In this document: piece by piece, positions 11,542 to 22,120 of the stretch
How the letters are laid out: the number at the start of each line of letters is the position of its first letter
Position numbering within the stretch: position 1 is the first letter of the stretch
From: Rebecca billardiae RCC1528
Taxonomy: Eukaryota > Protista > Haptophyta
Direction: 5' to 3'
Assembly: GCA_965240325.2 (NCBI GenBank)
Contig: OZ251223.1
Location: 2,914,001 to 2,978,000, forward strand
DNA length: 64,000 nt
The notes under the pieces: generated by a model
Seen by the model: the letters and a program-made list of their open reading frames with translations, nothing else
Database searches by the model: none
What the model was told of the DNA's origin: nothing
Made by a program: the position numbers and the translations under genes

Positions 11542-12077
11542 CCAGTTCTGCGGTCATCCGAACGCGGTGAGGACTAACTAATAACTCGCTGCTAATACTG
11601 CTGCATGAGCAGGGCGATAATTCGACGGGCCGATAATACTCGCTGATGATACTATCTGCAATGACCGCCAATGAATCCAATGATACGCCGATGAGCGGAT
11701 GACAGTTGATGATTAACACTCTTAGCATCACTCATCAATCAGTGATGTAGTGTCACTGACACTGTCGTCTGAGCTACTGGCGTGACTCGTCGTTCGTCGT
11801 AATCACGGAGCAGCAGTCTGGAGTGGCTCCGGCCGCAAGCTGGTCGTCGCTCATCATGTGCGGCGCGCGCGCTGCCCTGCACCAGCAGACGCGGTGCCCG
11901 GGGGCCGTGGCTGCCCTGCACCAGCGGACGCGGTTAAACCGCGGCGCGGCGGCGGGCCCCATCATGCAAGCCGATTGTCGAGGGCGAGGGCGCGTCGGAG
12001 TGTGGGCGAGCCGCGCACCGACGCCGCTGACGTCAGACGTCGGCGTCTGGGCAAGCGCAGGCTCCTCAGCTCAGAGC

Positions 12078-13710
12078 TCACACGGCCATCTTCATCGGCA
12101 GCTTGGCGTGGTGCTTGTAGTTGTGCAGCGTGAGGTGCTCCATGCGGATTGCGTCGATGTCCGTCACGCCGTCCGCGCCATCGATGGTGAGCGTGGGGAA
12201 CGGCATGGGCTCGCGCATCAGCTGCTGCTTGAGCGCGTCGACGTGGTTGCAGTAGACTGCGCGCACCGCGCGGCGCGCACGGCGCGGTGCAACCGTCACG
12301 CGGGGCGGGCGCGCGCACCGAGCGAGACTGTTGCGCGCAGCGCGCGCAGTGCGCGCGCTCTCGCACACCGTGTGCGTCGCCGATGGTGTGCACGAGCTCG
12401 CCCGGCTTGAGCCCGGTGACGTGCGCGACGATGCGCGTGAGCAGCGCGTACGACGCGATGTTGAACGGCACGCCGAGCCCCAGGTCCGCCGAACGCTGGT
12501 ACATCTGGCAGCTGAGCTCCCCGTGCGCGTTCACGTAGAACTGGAAGAGCACGTGGCACGGCGGCAGCGCCATCTTGGGCAGGTCGGGCGGGTTCCACGC
12601 GCACACGAGGATGCGCCGGTCGTGCGGCCGCGTGCGCAGCAGCTCGATGGCGCGCGCGAGCTGGTCCACGCCCTGCCCCGCGTACGGCGCGTGCCGGTCG
12701 GCGTACTCCGCGCCGAAGTGGCGCCACTGGAACCCGTACACGGGGCCGAGGTCGCCCGCCTCGCGCTGCGCCAGCCCGATCGAGTCGAGGTACTCGCGCG
12801 AGCTGTTGCCGTCCCAGATGCGCACGCCCTTCGCGCGGAGGGTGTCGGCGCTCGTGTCGCCCGAGACGAACCAGAGGAGCTCCTCCGCCACGCCGCGCCA
12901 GAACACCGACTTGGTCGTGAGCAGCGGGAAGCTGTGCCGCAGGTCGAAGCGCATCTGCGCGCCGAACACGCTGAGCGTGCCAGTGCCCGTGCGGTCGCCA
13001 CGCACCGTGCCGCGCGCGAGCACGTCCGCGACGAGGTCGAGGTACTGGTACTCGCCGTGCGCGCGGCGGGCGGGCGGCGGGCGCGGCGGGAGTGCGACGG
13101 CGTCGGCGCGCACGTACACCGCGAACTCGAAGCGCGTGCCGCCGTGCTCGTGCGTGCCCGCGCCGCCCGCCACCGGCTCGCGCACGAGGCCGTCGAGCGC
13201 GCCTGCCGGCAGCAGCGCGTCGAAGGCGGGCGCGGGCTCGCCCTCCGGGAGGTCGACGAGGGTGATGTGCGCGCGCTCGAGCCGGGGCGACGCCAGCGCC
13301 TCCGCGTACACCGCCGCGCCGCCGATCACATAGATGGTCTCGACCTCGGCGCAGTGCTCGGGGCCGGAGAGCAGCGCGAGCGCGCTCTCGAGCGAGCTGG
13401 CGACGAACACGCCGTCGGGCAGGTCGTGCGCCGCGCGCACCTCGGCCTCGGGCGAGCGCGAGAGCACGATGTTCACGCGGTCCGCGAGCGGCCGGAACTT
13501 GGACGGGATCGACGCCCACGTCTTCCGCCCCATCACGACCGCGTTGCGCTTGAGCGGGTCGCGCGTCGAGGTCGTGAGCTGCTTGAAGTAGCGCATGTCG
13601 AGCGGGAGGCGCCAGGGGAGGCGGCCCTCGACGCCGATTCCGAGGGTCTTGCGGCACGCCGCCACCACCACGTCAAAGCTGCGCCGATCGGTGGGCGTCG
13701 TCGGGCACAT
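12078..13710 (-). CDS. DHFR-TS: Bifunctional dihydrofolate reductase-thymidylate synthase
   Basis: DHFR motifs: [31 protein letters not shown] motifs: [42 protein letters not shown]. The intron at 12257-12368 restores GDAH|VYCNH, and the protein ends in MKMAV. ATG at 13710. Confidence 0.98.
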
Positions 13711-13898
13711 GGCTGCGCAAGAGAGAGAGGAGTGTGCCACGAGAGAGAGACCGTTGGCCGCCCCGAATACACAGTAAATACGCGATTCAGTGGTTCAAAG
13801 TCCGGGTGCCTCCGGACAAAGGCTGAGCAAGCAACGACCGTGCCGGCGTGGTCGTTACCACTACCAGCACGCCCGGCCGCCCCGGCGGCTAATAAGGG

Positions 13899-16800
13899 CT
13901 ATGGCGCGAGTGACGGCTTGCGGCTGGGCAGGCTGAGCGTCGATTCGGACGACGCGCGGCGCGAGGCGGGCGGCTTGAGGCTGAGGAGGCGCCGCGCAAA
14001 CTTGCCGTCGTACAGTGCGCCGCTCGCCTCGTCGTTGTCGGCCGGGTCGCCGTACACCATGCCGCTCGCCTCGAACGCGCGCGCGCCCGCGTCGTACGCG
14101 TCGTTGTACAGCGCGAGCAGCTCGGCGTCGGTGGCGGGCGCGGCGCGGTCGACGGCCGAGACGCGGTTCGCCAGATGCTTGTAGAACGCGACCGCGAACG
14201 TGTCGGCCGCCTCCATGCGCACGAGCGTCTCCCAGCAGATCACGAGCAGCCCAGGCATCTCGGCGGCGAGCAGGTCGGCGAGCACGTGCGTGTGGCACGC
14301 GTTGAGGAAGACGGCCATCAGCCGGCCGCCCGCGTCCGGCCTGTGCAGCGCGAGGATCTCGAGCAGCGCCTCCGGGTTCTGCACCTCGTTGCGCGCCCCG
14401 TCCTCGCGCTCGAAGACGAGCATGTTCGTCTTGGCCGAGCAGTGGCCCGAGAAGTGGATCACGCGCGGCCGGAAGCCCGTGTGCACGTCGAGCGTGGCGA
14501 GGAGGTCGTCCGGGTACCGCGCGGCGCCGGCGACCTGCACGAGCCGGTCGAGCGTGGGGAACCCCGCCTTGTCCTCGGAGAACATGAGCACGCGCATCTC
14601 GCGCAGCATCGAGTTGGCCGAGGCGGCGAGCGCGGCAAGCCGCCGGTTGCGCGCGGCCGAGCGCGTCGGCGCGAGCTGCGGCTGCGGGAACGCCACGAGC
14701 GCGAGTACCTCGATCTGGCGCATCTGCGCGGTGCTCTTGCCCAGCTTGAAGATGCGCCGCGCGCGCACCGCGTCGAGCGCCGCGCGCTGCTCGGGCGTGA
14801 GCTTGAGCAGCAGGCCGAGCACCTCAGCGAACGGCTCGTCGTGCGGCAGCGTGCGCGCGCACCGGCGCGCGAGCTCGGCGTCGTGGGCGTCGGCGCTCTC
14901 GCTCGGCAGCGGCGTCCACTCCTCCTCGGCGAAGAGCTCGTACAGGCACGCGCCGAGCGCGTACCGGTCGAGCAGCGGCAGCTCCGCCGCGCGGAACGCG
15001 TGGTGCCGCCGCGCGGCCTCCTCGGGCGCCGCGTACCGCTCGGTGTACGGCACGACCACGCGCTCGCCCTCGCGCAGCTCGGGGAGGTACGCGCCGCTGT
15101 CGATGTCGACGAGCTTCCACCGGTCGTCCTCGGCGAACCACATGAAGTGCGCGGGCCTGCGCGCGCGGCCAGGGAGGGAGCGGAGAGCGCCCACTGAGGC
15201 TGTGCCTGCGCTCGCGCGTGGCGGCGGCGCGCGCGCACGCGCGCGCGCCCGCGAGGCGCGGCGCGGCGCGGCGCACTTGATGTCCAGGTGCACAAAGCCG
15301 GCGCGGTGCAGCTCGCTCACCAGCGTGAGCAGGCTGTACGCCACGTTCGCCTTCTTCACGCGCCGCGCCTCCGCCTCGTCGTCCGAGCGCGGCGCGGCCC
15401 ACGTGCGCACGAGCGCGCCGAGCGAGTGCATGCCGCGCTCGAGGACCAGCCCGCCGCGGGCGGGCGAGGGCGGGGAGGCGCGCGGCTCGACGACGCCGCG
15501 CAGCGCGGGGAGCAGCGGCAGCCCCAGCTCCTCCGCCCGCCCCAGCAGCCGCTGCTCGCGCCGCAGCTCCTCCGGGTCGTCGTAGAACTTGATGAGCACG
15601 CCCACGCCGTGGCAGTCGGTCGCTCGCACGACCGCGTGCGTCGAGCCGCGCATCGCCGCGGAGTGGACGTGGAAGAAGAGCTTGGGCACGCCGTGCCACG
15701 TGGCGTGCACCACCGTGAGCTCCGACGCGGGCGGCAGCCCCGGCGGCTGCAGCAGCGCGCGGTCCGAGTAGTTGTCCATCCGCCCCTCGAAGAGCGCGCA
15801 CACCGCGGATGCGAGCGCGCCGCCCAGGCACGGGTGCGTGGGCTGCGCGCGCAGCTGCGCCTCGCACGCGCCGTGCCAGTACGCGCCGAGGGTGTGGTAC
15901 GCGTAGAGCTCGTGCCGGTGCGCCGCGACGAGCAGCCGGCGGACCAGCAGCGCGCACCCCTCCGCGCTCATCGCGCGCTCCGCCGGCCCGTCGAGCAGCC
16001 GGTCCTCCTCGTCCGCGGGCGCGCGCGGCGCGGCGCTCGCGGAGCGCGAGGACACGCGCGAGATGCGGCGCGGCGCGGGCGCGGCGCCGCCGAGCGAGGC
16101 GCGCGGCGGCGGGTCGCTGCGCGCGAAGCACGCGCACACCGCGCCGCTCGCCACGCACTCCCACCGGTGCACGCGGCAGATCTGCGCGCACCACGCGTCG
16201 CACCCCGCCGCGCCGCCGCCGCGCGCCACGCGCTCGAGCAGCGCGGCCGCGAGCAGCAGCTCGCAGCAGCGCGCGGCGTGCGGCTTGCGCGCCTCGGCGA
16301 GGAGGAGGAGCGTGTCGTGCGCGCGGTCGATCGGCGTGCAGCCGAAGCAGTCCAGCTCGCGCAGCTCCCCCTCCAGCGTGCCCGCGCGCGACGCGCCGAG
16401 CAGCAGCTGCACGAGCAGCGCCTCGTCCGCGTGCAGCGCCGCGCAGTGCAGCGCCGAGCAGCCAAACGCGTCCCGGCGCGCGCAGAGGGCGGGCGCGACG
16501 CGCGCGCCGTGCAGCTCGAGCACGGCGCTGAGCGCGTGCGCCTTGCCCCACGTCACGGCCTCGAGCGCGCTCGCCACGTGCGCGTCCTCCACCGCCGCCG
16601 CCGCCGAGCCCTCCGCCGCCGCCGAGCCCTCCGCCGCCGCCGCTGCTCCCTCTGCGCGCGCCGCTCGCGCTGTCGCCAGCTCGGCTGTGGCCAGCCGCTC
16701 GCCGAGCGAGGGCGAGATGGCCGCGGCGAAGGCGAGGAGCTGCGGCTCGCTCGGCATCGAGCGCCACGCGCCCTGCTTCGTCGTCGAGTACGAGCCCGCG

Positions 16801-18284
16801 CAGCTCGCGCGCAGCGCCGCCGCCTCGACCGACGCGCCCGACACGAGCCCGCTCACAAAGCCAGCCACGACCGCGTCGGCCGCGCCGATCACTTCGCCCT
16901 TCTGCGCGCCGTGGCCCTGGTCGACGCGCAGCACGGGCAGGAGGAAGGCGCGCGGCGCGCTGCCCGCCGGCTGGCCCGCGCGCGTGACCACCACGTGAGC
17001 GCCCAGCCTGTCCGCCGTGAGCACCACCGTCTCCGTCACCGCGCCGTCGCCGCCACCGCCGCCGTCAGCGCGGCGCGCGCCCACGAGGCCGCCCGGCGCG
17101 CTGCTGCCTCCGCCCGCCGCCTGCACGCCGTGTGCAGGCTGGTGCGCGCCACCCGCGGGCCCTCCGCCCGCGCATGCGCCGGCGACCTCGAGGAGCTGCG
17201 CGGCGGCGCGCACGGCCTCCGCCAGATCGCGCGGCTTGGACACCGTCGCAAGGGGGTCGTCGAGCTCGGCGGCTGGCGCGATCGGCGGCGCGGCGGCGTG
17301 CGCGGCCGGCTCGGCGCCCGCTTCGGAGACCTCCACCTGAGGCGGCTGCGGTGGGGGCGGCGGCGGCGCGCACTCGCGGCCGTCGTGCAGCGAGTGGCCG
17401 AGCTGTGCCAGCAGCACCGCCGCCTCCATGTCCGTCACGAGCACCACGCTCACCACGCTCAGCAGCTCGCGCAGGTCGGCGTCGACCGGCGCGTCCTTGG
17501 GCGAGGTGCACGGTGACGCCTTCAGCACCAGCCGCACGCCGCGCTCGGCGCCGATGCTCGCGGCGTGCAGGATCTTCTGCGTGCGCTTGGGGGCGAGCTC
17601 GAGCGTGAGCACCAGCGTCGAGCAGTCCTCGAGCACGTGGTGCAGCGCGTCCAGCTGCCGCTCCGTCACGTCCTCGTTGGCGCCCAGGTGGGACACCGTC
17701 ACCTTGGTCGACTCTGCGGGCGCGACCGTGATGAACGCCTTGCCCGAGAGCTTGTCGGCGCGCTGGTGCACGTGTGTCGTGTCCACGCCGTACGCCTGCA
17801 GGTCCTCGATCAGCCGATCCCCGTATGCGTCGTCCCCGACGCAGCCGAAGAGGTACGTGCGGATGCCCAGCCGGCGCAGCCCAACGGCCTCGTTGGCGCC
17901 CTTGCCTCCCGGCAGGTCGCGCGCCTGCTCGCCCTTCACGTGGTCGTCGCCCTTCGGGAGGACGTGCGTGGTGATGAACTGGTCAATATTGATCGAGCCG
18001 AAGACCGCGACCGCTTGCTTGTCCTCCGCGGCGGGAACGAGCGCCGACGCCAGCAAGCGTCGCGATGCCTCACGCCGCTCTGGGAGCGCGCCCGGCCCGC
18101 GCGACGGCCTCGGCGGTCTGAGCTCTCGACGCGGGGGCAAAGGCTGCTCGTGATGACCCACACGTGAGAAATGCCGCGACTTGCCGCGCCGCCGCTCGTA
18201 CCACCGCCCGAGCACGAACGCGGCGACGCCGACAGCGATCGCCCGTACCACCGCCCCCACCGCCGCGGTCGCCCGGTCCGCCAT
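13899..18284 (-). CDS. Multidomain protein: TM anchor, PfkB/ribokinase, ankyrin-like repeats, protein-kinase-like domain, CHAT peptidase domain
   Basis: PfkB: VFGSINID, PGGKGANEA, GCVGDDAYG, IGAADAVVAG. Ankyrin-like: RDAFGCSALHCAA, LDCFGCTPIDRA. Kinase: VLIKFY, HLDIK|PAHF (after removing intron 15157-15276), KLVDID, YAAPE. CHAT: VIHFSGH...VFLNACHT. Confidence 0.85.
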   Translation of the reverse strand: MADRATAAVGAVVRAIAVGVAAFVLGRWYERRRGKSRHFSRVGHHEQPLPPRRELRPPRPSRGPGALPERREASRRLLASALVPAAEDKQAVAVFGSINIDQFITTHVLPKGDDHVKGEQARDLPGGKGANEAVGLRRLGIRTYLFGCVGDDAYGDRLIEDLQAYGVDTTHVHQRADKLSGKAFITVAPAESTKVTVSHLGANEDVTERQLDALHHVLEDCSTLVLTLELAPKRTQKILHAASIGAERGVRLVLKASPCTSPKDAPVDADLRELLSVVSVVLVTDMEAAVLLAQLGHSLHDGRECAPPPPPPQPPQVEVSEAGAEPAAHAAAPPIAPAAELDDPLATVSKPRDLAEAVRAAAQLLEVAGACAGGGPAGGAHQPAHGVQAAGGGSSAPGGLVGARRADGGGGGDGAVTETVVLTADRLGAHVVVTRAGQPAGSAPRAFLLPVLRVDQGHGAQKGEVIGAADAVVAGFVSGLVSGASVEAAALRASCAGSYSTTKQGAWRSMPSEPQLLAFAAAISPSLGERLATAELATARAARAEGAAAAAEGSAAAEGSAAAAVEDAHVASALEAVTWGKAHALSAVLELHGARVAPALCARRDAFGCSALHCAALHADEALLVQLLLGASRAGTLEGELRELDCFGCTPIDRAHDTLLLLAEARKPHAARCCELLLAAALLERVARGGGAAGCDAWCAQICRVHRWECVASGAVCACFARSDPPPRASLGGAAPAPRRISRVSSRSASAAPRAPADEEDRLLDGPAERAMSAEGCALLVRRLLVAAHRHELYAYHTLGAYWHGACEAQLRAQPTHPCLGGALASAVCALFEGRMDNYSDRALLQPPGLPPASELTVVHATWHGVPKLFFHVHSAAMRGSTHAVVRATDCHGVGVLIKFYDDPEELRREQRLLGRAEELGLPLLPALRGVVEPRASPPSPARGGLVLERGMHSLGALVRTWAAPRSDDEAEARRVKKANVAYSLLTLVSELHRAGFVHLDIKCAAPRRASRARARARAPPPRASAGTASVGALRSLPGRARRPAHFMWFAEDDRWKLVDIDSGAYLPELREGERVVVPYTERYAAPEEAARRHHAFRAAELPLLDRYALGACLYELFAEEEWTPLPSESADAHDAELARRCARTLPHDEPFAEVLGLLLKLTPEQRAALDAVRARRIFKLGKSTAQMRQIEVLALVAFPQPQLAPTRSAARNRRLAALAASANSMLREMRVLMFSEDKAGFPTLDRLVQVAGAARYPDDLLATLDVHTGFRPRVIHFSGHCSAKTNMLVFEREDGARNEVQNPEALLEILALHRPDAGGRLMAVFLNACHTHVLADLLAAEMPGLLVICWETLVRMEAADTFAVAFYKHLANRVSAVDRAAPATDAELLALYNDAYDAGARAFEASGMVYGDPADNDEASGALYDGKFARRLLSLKPPASRRASSESTLSLPSRKPSLAP

Positions 18285-19245
18285 CGCGCTAAGAGTCCAA
18301 GGTCAACGTCTCAAACGAGAGACGCACATGTACAGTTTACTATGTTTTAAAGTGCACACTTGGTTAAGGCGTGATTGACGCCATCCAACACTGCACAAAG
18401 ACACCGCCACAAAACACACTACTGTCGTACTACAGTTTATTTGTTTTAACGTGCGTAAAGCTTAGCGCCGTCGGAAGATTCGTTCAGCCGTCAGCCGTCC
18501 GCCTGCGAGGCCTGGATGAGGGCTGCGGCCGCCTCGCGGCGCGCCAGCGCCCACGGTCGTCCTCGCCGGCTCGCCCCACCGTCGTCCACAAAAGTACTCT
18601 ATACTACTAAGCTACATACACACACACTGACACAGTGTCGTCAGTTATCACATTATAATGTCAGACGTAATACTGTACTATTGAGTACTGCATACAGTCT
18701 GCGCGTATGTACAGCATTATTCGGTAACTAGCTACTATTACACAGATCTATCTAAGAGCAGCTGATCGATGACGTGGATGACGGAGTCATGAATGGTGCG
18801 CCAGCAGGCGGGGCTTCATCGTCACAGTGCAACTCACAAGCATCGGCACTCTGAGTGAATCGTATAATAGTGTTGACCGCATCAGTGATGCTCATGCAGA
18901 TTGCAGTGCCGGCGCACTCACCCTGATGAGTCCGATCAGGCCAGGTGAATCCGAGCCATCAGGATTCAGTAGGGCATTATTTACTACGCACACTCACAGT
19001 GATATGATGATTCAGGCGGCCGCCAGCCCTCCCGCCCTCCAGCCACACATATACTGACACTTTCACTCGTCACTTGCTTTTAACTTAGCCCACGACCGGC
19101 TTCAGCTACTCGGCCACTTCCGAGTTACGTGAGTAGTAGTCGTGACTATTGAGAGTCGGTATTACCGTCGCGTCGTCATCGCGTCGTCAGTGTCATCGTC
19201 GTCGTCACTGGTCCGACGACGATGACTGGCATCAGGCTGTCAGCC

Positions 19246-20238
19246 TCAGGCAGTGGCGGTAGCCGCGCGAATGACGTTGCGCTGCAGGTAATCTTGAGCT
19301 ATCTCGTCCTCGATCGGGAAGACGCCCGCAGCCCAGCCTGCGGCGGGGGCCTGGGCGTCCCACACCTCTGCATGCGCCTTGCCAACGACGCCCACCGATT
19401 GAAACGACACGCGCATCTTGCCTCCGATCTTCTCGTACCACGAGTCACCACCGCGGCCGCCGCCGAGTTCCTCGTACGCGTCCGTCACCGCGCGCATGCG
19501 CTCGAGCGCGGCGGCGCCGCCCTCGGGATCATTGACGAAGCGGTCGGGGTGCAGCTGCATGACGAGCTTGCGGTGCGCCTTCTTCACCTCGGCCCCGCTC
19601 GCGCCTGCCCCCACGCCGAGCACATCCGCCGCCTCCCGCCGCCGCTGAGCGCGCTCGCCGAGCGCGTCGATCACGTGGCTCTCAAACTCGGCGAGCGGCT
19701 CAAAGCCGAGCTCGACGCGGTCACGCGGCACCTTGCGCAGCGGGGCGACGAGCTGGCAGCCGGCCTCGAACACCTCGCGGCGGCGCGCGCCGAGGGCGCC
19801 GGGCACGAGCGCCGCCGGGTCGACCACGCGCTCCGTGCGCATCGCGAGCACGCAGACCGGCACCCAGTCGCCGAGCGCATCAAGCGCGTCAGACCGCATC
19901 ACGACTGCCCACCGCGTGACGGGAGTGCGCTCCTCGCCGAGGTCGTCGTGGGCGTCGAGAGCCTCGTACACTTTGGTCGACTGCTTGAGCAGCTCGGACG
20001 CGGTGGGCCCTGCGGGAGCCGCCGCCTGCCGCCCGAAGCCCTTGGCAGCCGCCTTGCCCTTCTTCTTAGCGGCTGCCATGCGCACGCCCGTGCTGCGATA
20101 CGAGTCGACATGCCGGGTAAAGACGCCAGCACCCGCCGACCAGGCATCGCATGCGTCCATAAGCGAGCTTACTAGCAGGATGGCAATCGCCACCGGGCGC
20201 CTCGGCGTGCGCGCATTGCAGGCTGCGCACGGCGCCAT
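19246..20238 (-). CDS. J-domain (DnaJ) protein, probably plastid-targeted
   Basis: VLGV...EVKKAHRKLVMQLHPDR...AVTDAYEEL is a J domain with the HPD motif. The leader is signal plus transit-like, followed by KKKGK..KGFG. Confidence 0.88.
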   Translation of the reverse strand: MAPCAACNARTPRRPVAIAILLVSSLMDACDAWSAGAGVFTRHVDSYRSTGVRMAAAKKKGKAAAKGFGRQAAAPAGPTASELLKQSTKVYEALDAHDDLGEERTPVTRWAVVMRSDALDALGDWVPVCVLAMRTERVVDPAALVPGALGARRREVFEAGCQLVAPLRKVPRDRVELGFEPLAEFESHVIDALGERAQRRREAADVLGVGAGASGAEVKKAHRKLVMQLHPDRFVNDPEGGAAALERMRAVTDAYEELGGGRGGDSWYEKIGGKMRVSFQSVGVVGKAHAEVWDAQAPAAGWAAGVFPIEDEIAQDYLQRNVIRAATATA

Positions 20239-20533
20239 CGCGGCTTGGACGATGCACGTGCACGTCGTTTGATGCTGACGAAATCGCGGCAGCGGGATTC
20301 CTCACTCTCAGCAGCGCGCTGAGAGCTGGGCTGGACAGCCGCTCCGGCTGGTACGCACCCAGCCGCCTTGGCTCCCGGACTCCTGGCCTCCTCCGGCCGC
20401 CAAGGCGCTGAGAGCAAGCGCACGCCTCTCTCAGGCGGCGTCTCTATCAGCTCGTTGGTCGAAGAAGACGAAGATGCTGCATGTGTCAACCTGCAGCCTG
20501 CAGGCTGCAGCCGTTACTCCTGGCATGTCACAG

Positions 20534-20537
<4 letters not shown>

Positions 20538-20583
<46 letters not shown>
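20538..20583. repeat. (TA)n microsatellite
   Basis: TA run. Confidence 0.97.
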
Positions 20584-20585
<2 letters not shown>

Positions 20586-21209
20586 GGGGTATTGGTACAA
20601 TATCTGATTATTGTCTAAGAGGACGACCCGGACGCCAGGCGCCAGCGCCGCTCAAAATTTTAGCCTCAAAATGGCTCATCAGCTGACCGCTCCATCCGTC
20701 CATTGCCCTCCGTTATCCGTACCGACCCGGTACCGGACCGCATGGCCTCCTCATGACGAGCTGCTCCCGTCGGACAAACACTCAAAGAGTCCGTCCGGCT
20801 TTTTCTGTTACCGGCCAAAGATCTCCAATCGCCATCATCGGCTTCTCGGGCTCTGCAGCCGTGGCGCGGGCATCCAGCCATGTCGCGTCCTGCGTCGCCG
20901 GCGGCTGCGGCTCGCACGCGGGTGGCGCGTCGCGTGCACCGCGACCAACATCTTTCGGCAACCCGCCCACCCAGGGCCCGTTGGTCTGGTGCTTGGGCGG
21001 CGGGCCTTCGAGTCATGCCCGCCGTCCGACCGACCGGTCTTGCGGCGCTGCACTTAGGGCTCATGTGACCCCCTGCGTCCCAACACGATTGCCGGTAGCG
21101 TTTCAGGTTAGGTCCCCAGCAGTGCTGCTCCCGGGCGGTCAGGTGGAGGTTCAGTCGACCAGTCCGCAGGCGCTCAGCCTTCCGTCAGCGGACGTCCGCG
21201 CGGGATCAC

Positions 21210-22120
21210 TCACGCACCGCATCTCGTCGACGGCGAGCGGCATGCCCACCGCATCTGCTGCCGCTCGCCAAGGCATGTGTCGCCGCTCGCCAAGGCATGA
21301 GGACACATGCCTTGGCGAGCGGCAGCAGATGCGGTTGCATGTGCCCTGGCGGGCGGGGGGGTCGGCGGACCGTGCCAGTGCTGTCGCAATGTTTCCTCTG
21401 CGGGTTCGCGTGTTTCCACAGCATTCGCTCGTGGCCGTGGGTGACGGACAGTCGGACCCGTGACACCTGTGAAGTTCTCCCACATGCGGTACGCGTCCGT
21501 GCGCATCAGCGAGGCCCACACCCACGAGGGAATGTGCAGCACGCGGGGCGGGGCGGGTAGCCCGTTGCTCCGCGCGAGCGCGGGTACGCGCTGTATGTGC
21601 CGCATCTCGACCGCGATGGCGTAATCGAGCGCCTCGCCGCCGACGAAGCCGCCAGAGTAGATCGCAGTGTGCATGTCCTCCTGCCGCCAGCCGAGAGCGG
21701 TCGTCGCGAGGACGTTTTCCGATGTCCGCTCCGGGCATGACGGGCTCGGCGCAGGTCGCGTTGACATCGTACACGGCCGCCACGCTGAGCACGAGCGCGT
21801 TGACCTTCACGCGGTCGGCGCTCTTCGCCTCTTTGACAGGTCTTGCGCCCGCGTGTTTGGCGGCACGAGGAGCTGTTGGTTGTGCGCGCGCGCGCGCACA
21901 GCGACAGCGTGTGCCACTCGCGATCGAGAGTGGGCACGAGCTGCTCACGCAGGCACACGAATCGCAGCGCATCCGTCACCGGCGTGACGACGTCCGCCTC
22001 GTCCCGCAGCGCCTGCGCCATGGACGAGGATGGCGCGTCGATGTTGCATGCTCGACGATTCATCTCTCTGCGGATGGCATCACGGGCTTGTCTGTGTCGC
22101 GCTGCGGCGAGGGTCGCCAA
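21210..22120 (-). pseudogene. Degenerate coding remnant split over three frames, possibly transposon-derived
   Basis: Protein-like segments lie in ORFs 21506-22120, 21151-21972 and 21210-21767 and do not join with clean GT-AG introns. A perfect hairpin interrupts the 3' part. Confidence 0.35.

Noticed and set aside
11871-11934. Two 25-bp direct repeats resembling a mini-CRISPR
   Set aside because: There are only two units, a 14-bp spacer, no cas genes and a eukaryotic context. This is a simple local duplication.
11962-12368. Apparent frameshift or aberrant C-terminus in thymidylate synthase
   Set aside because: It is explained by a normal GT-AG intron at 12257-12368.
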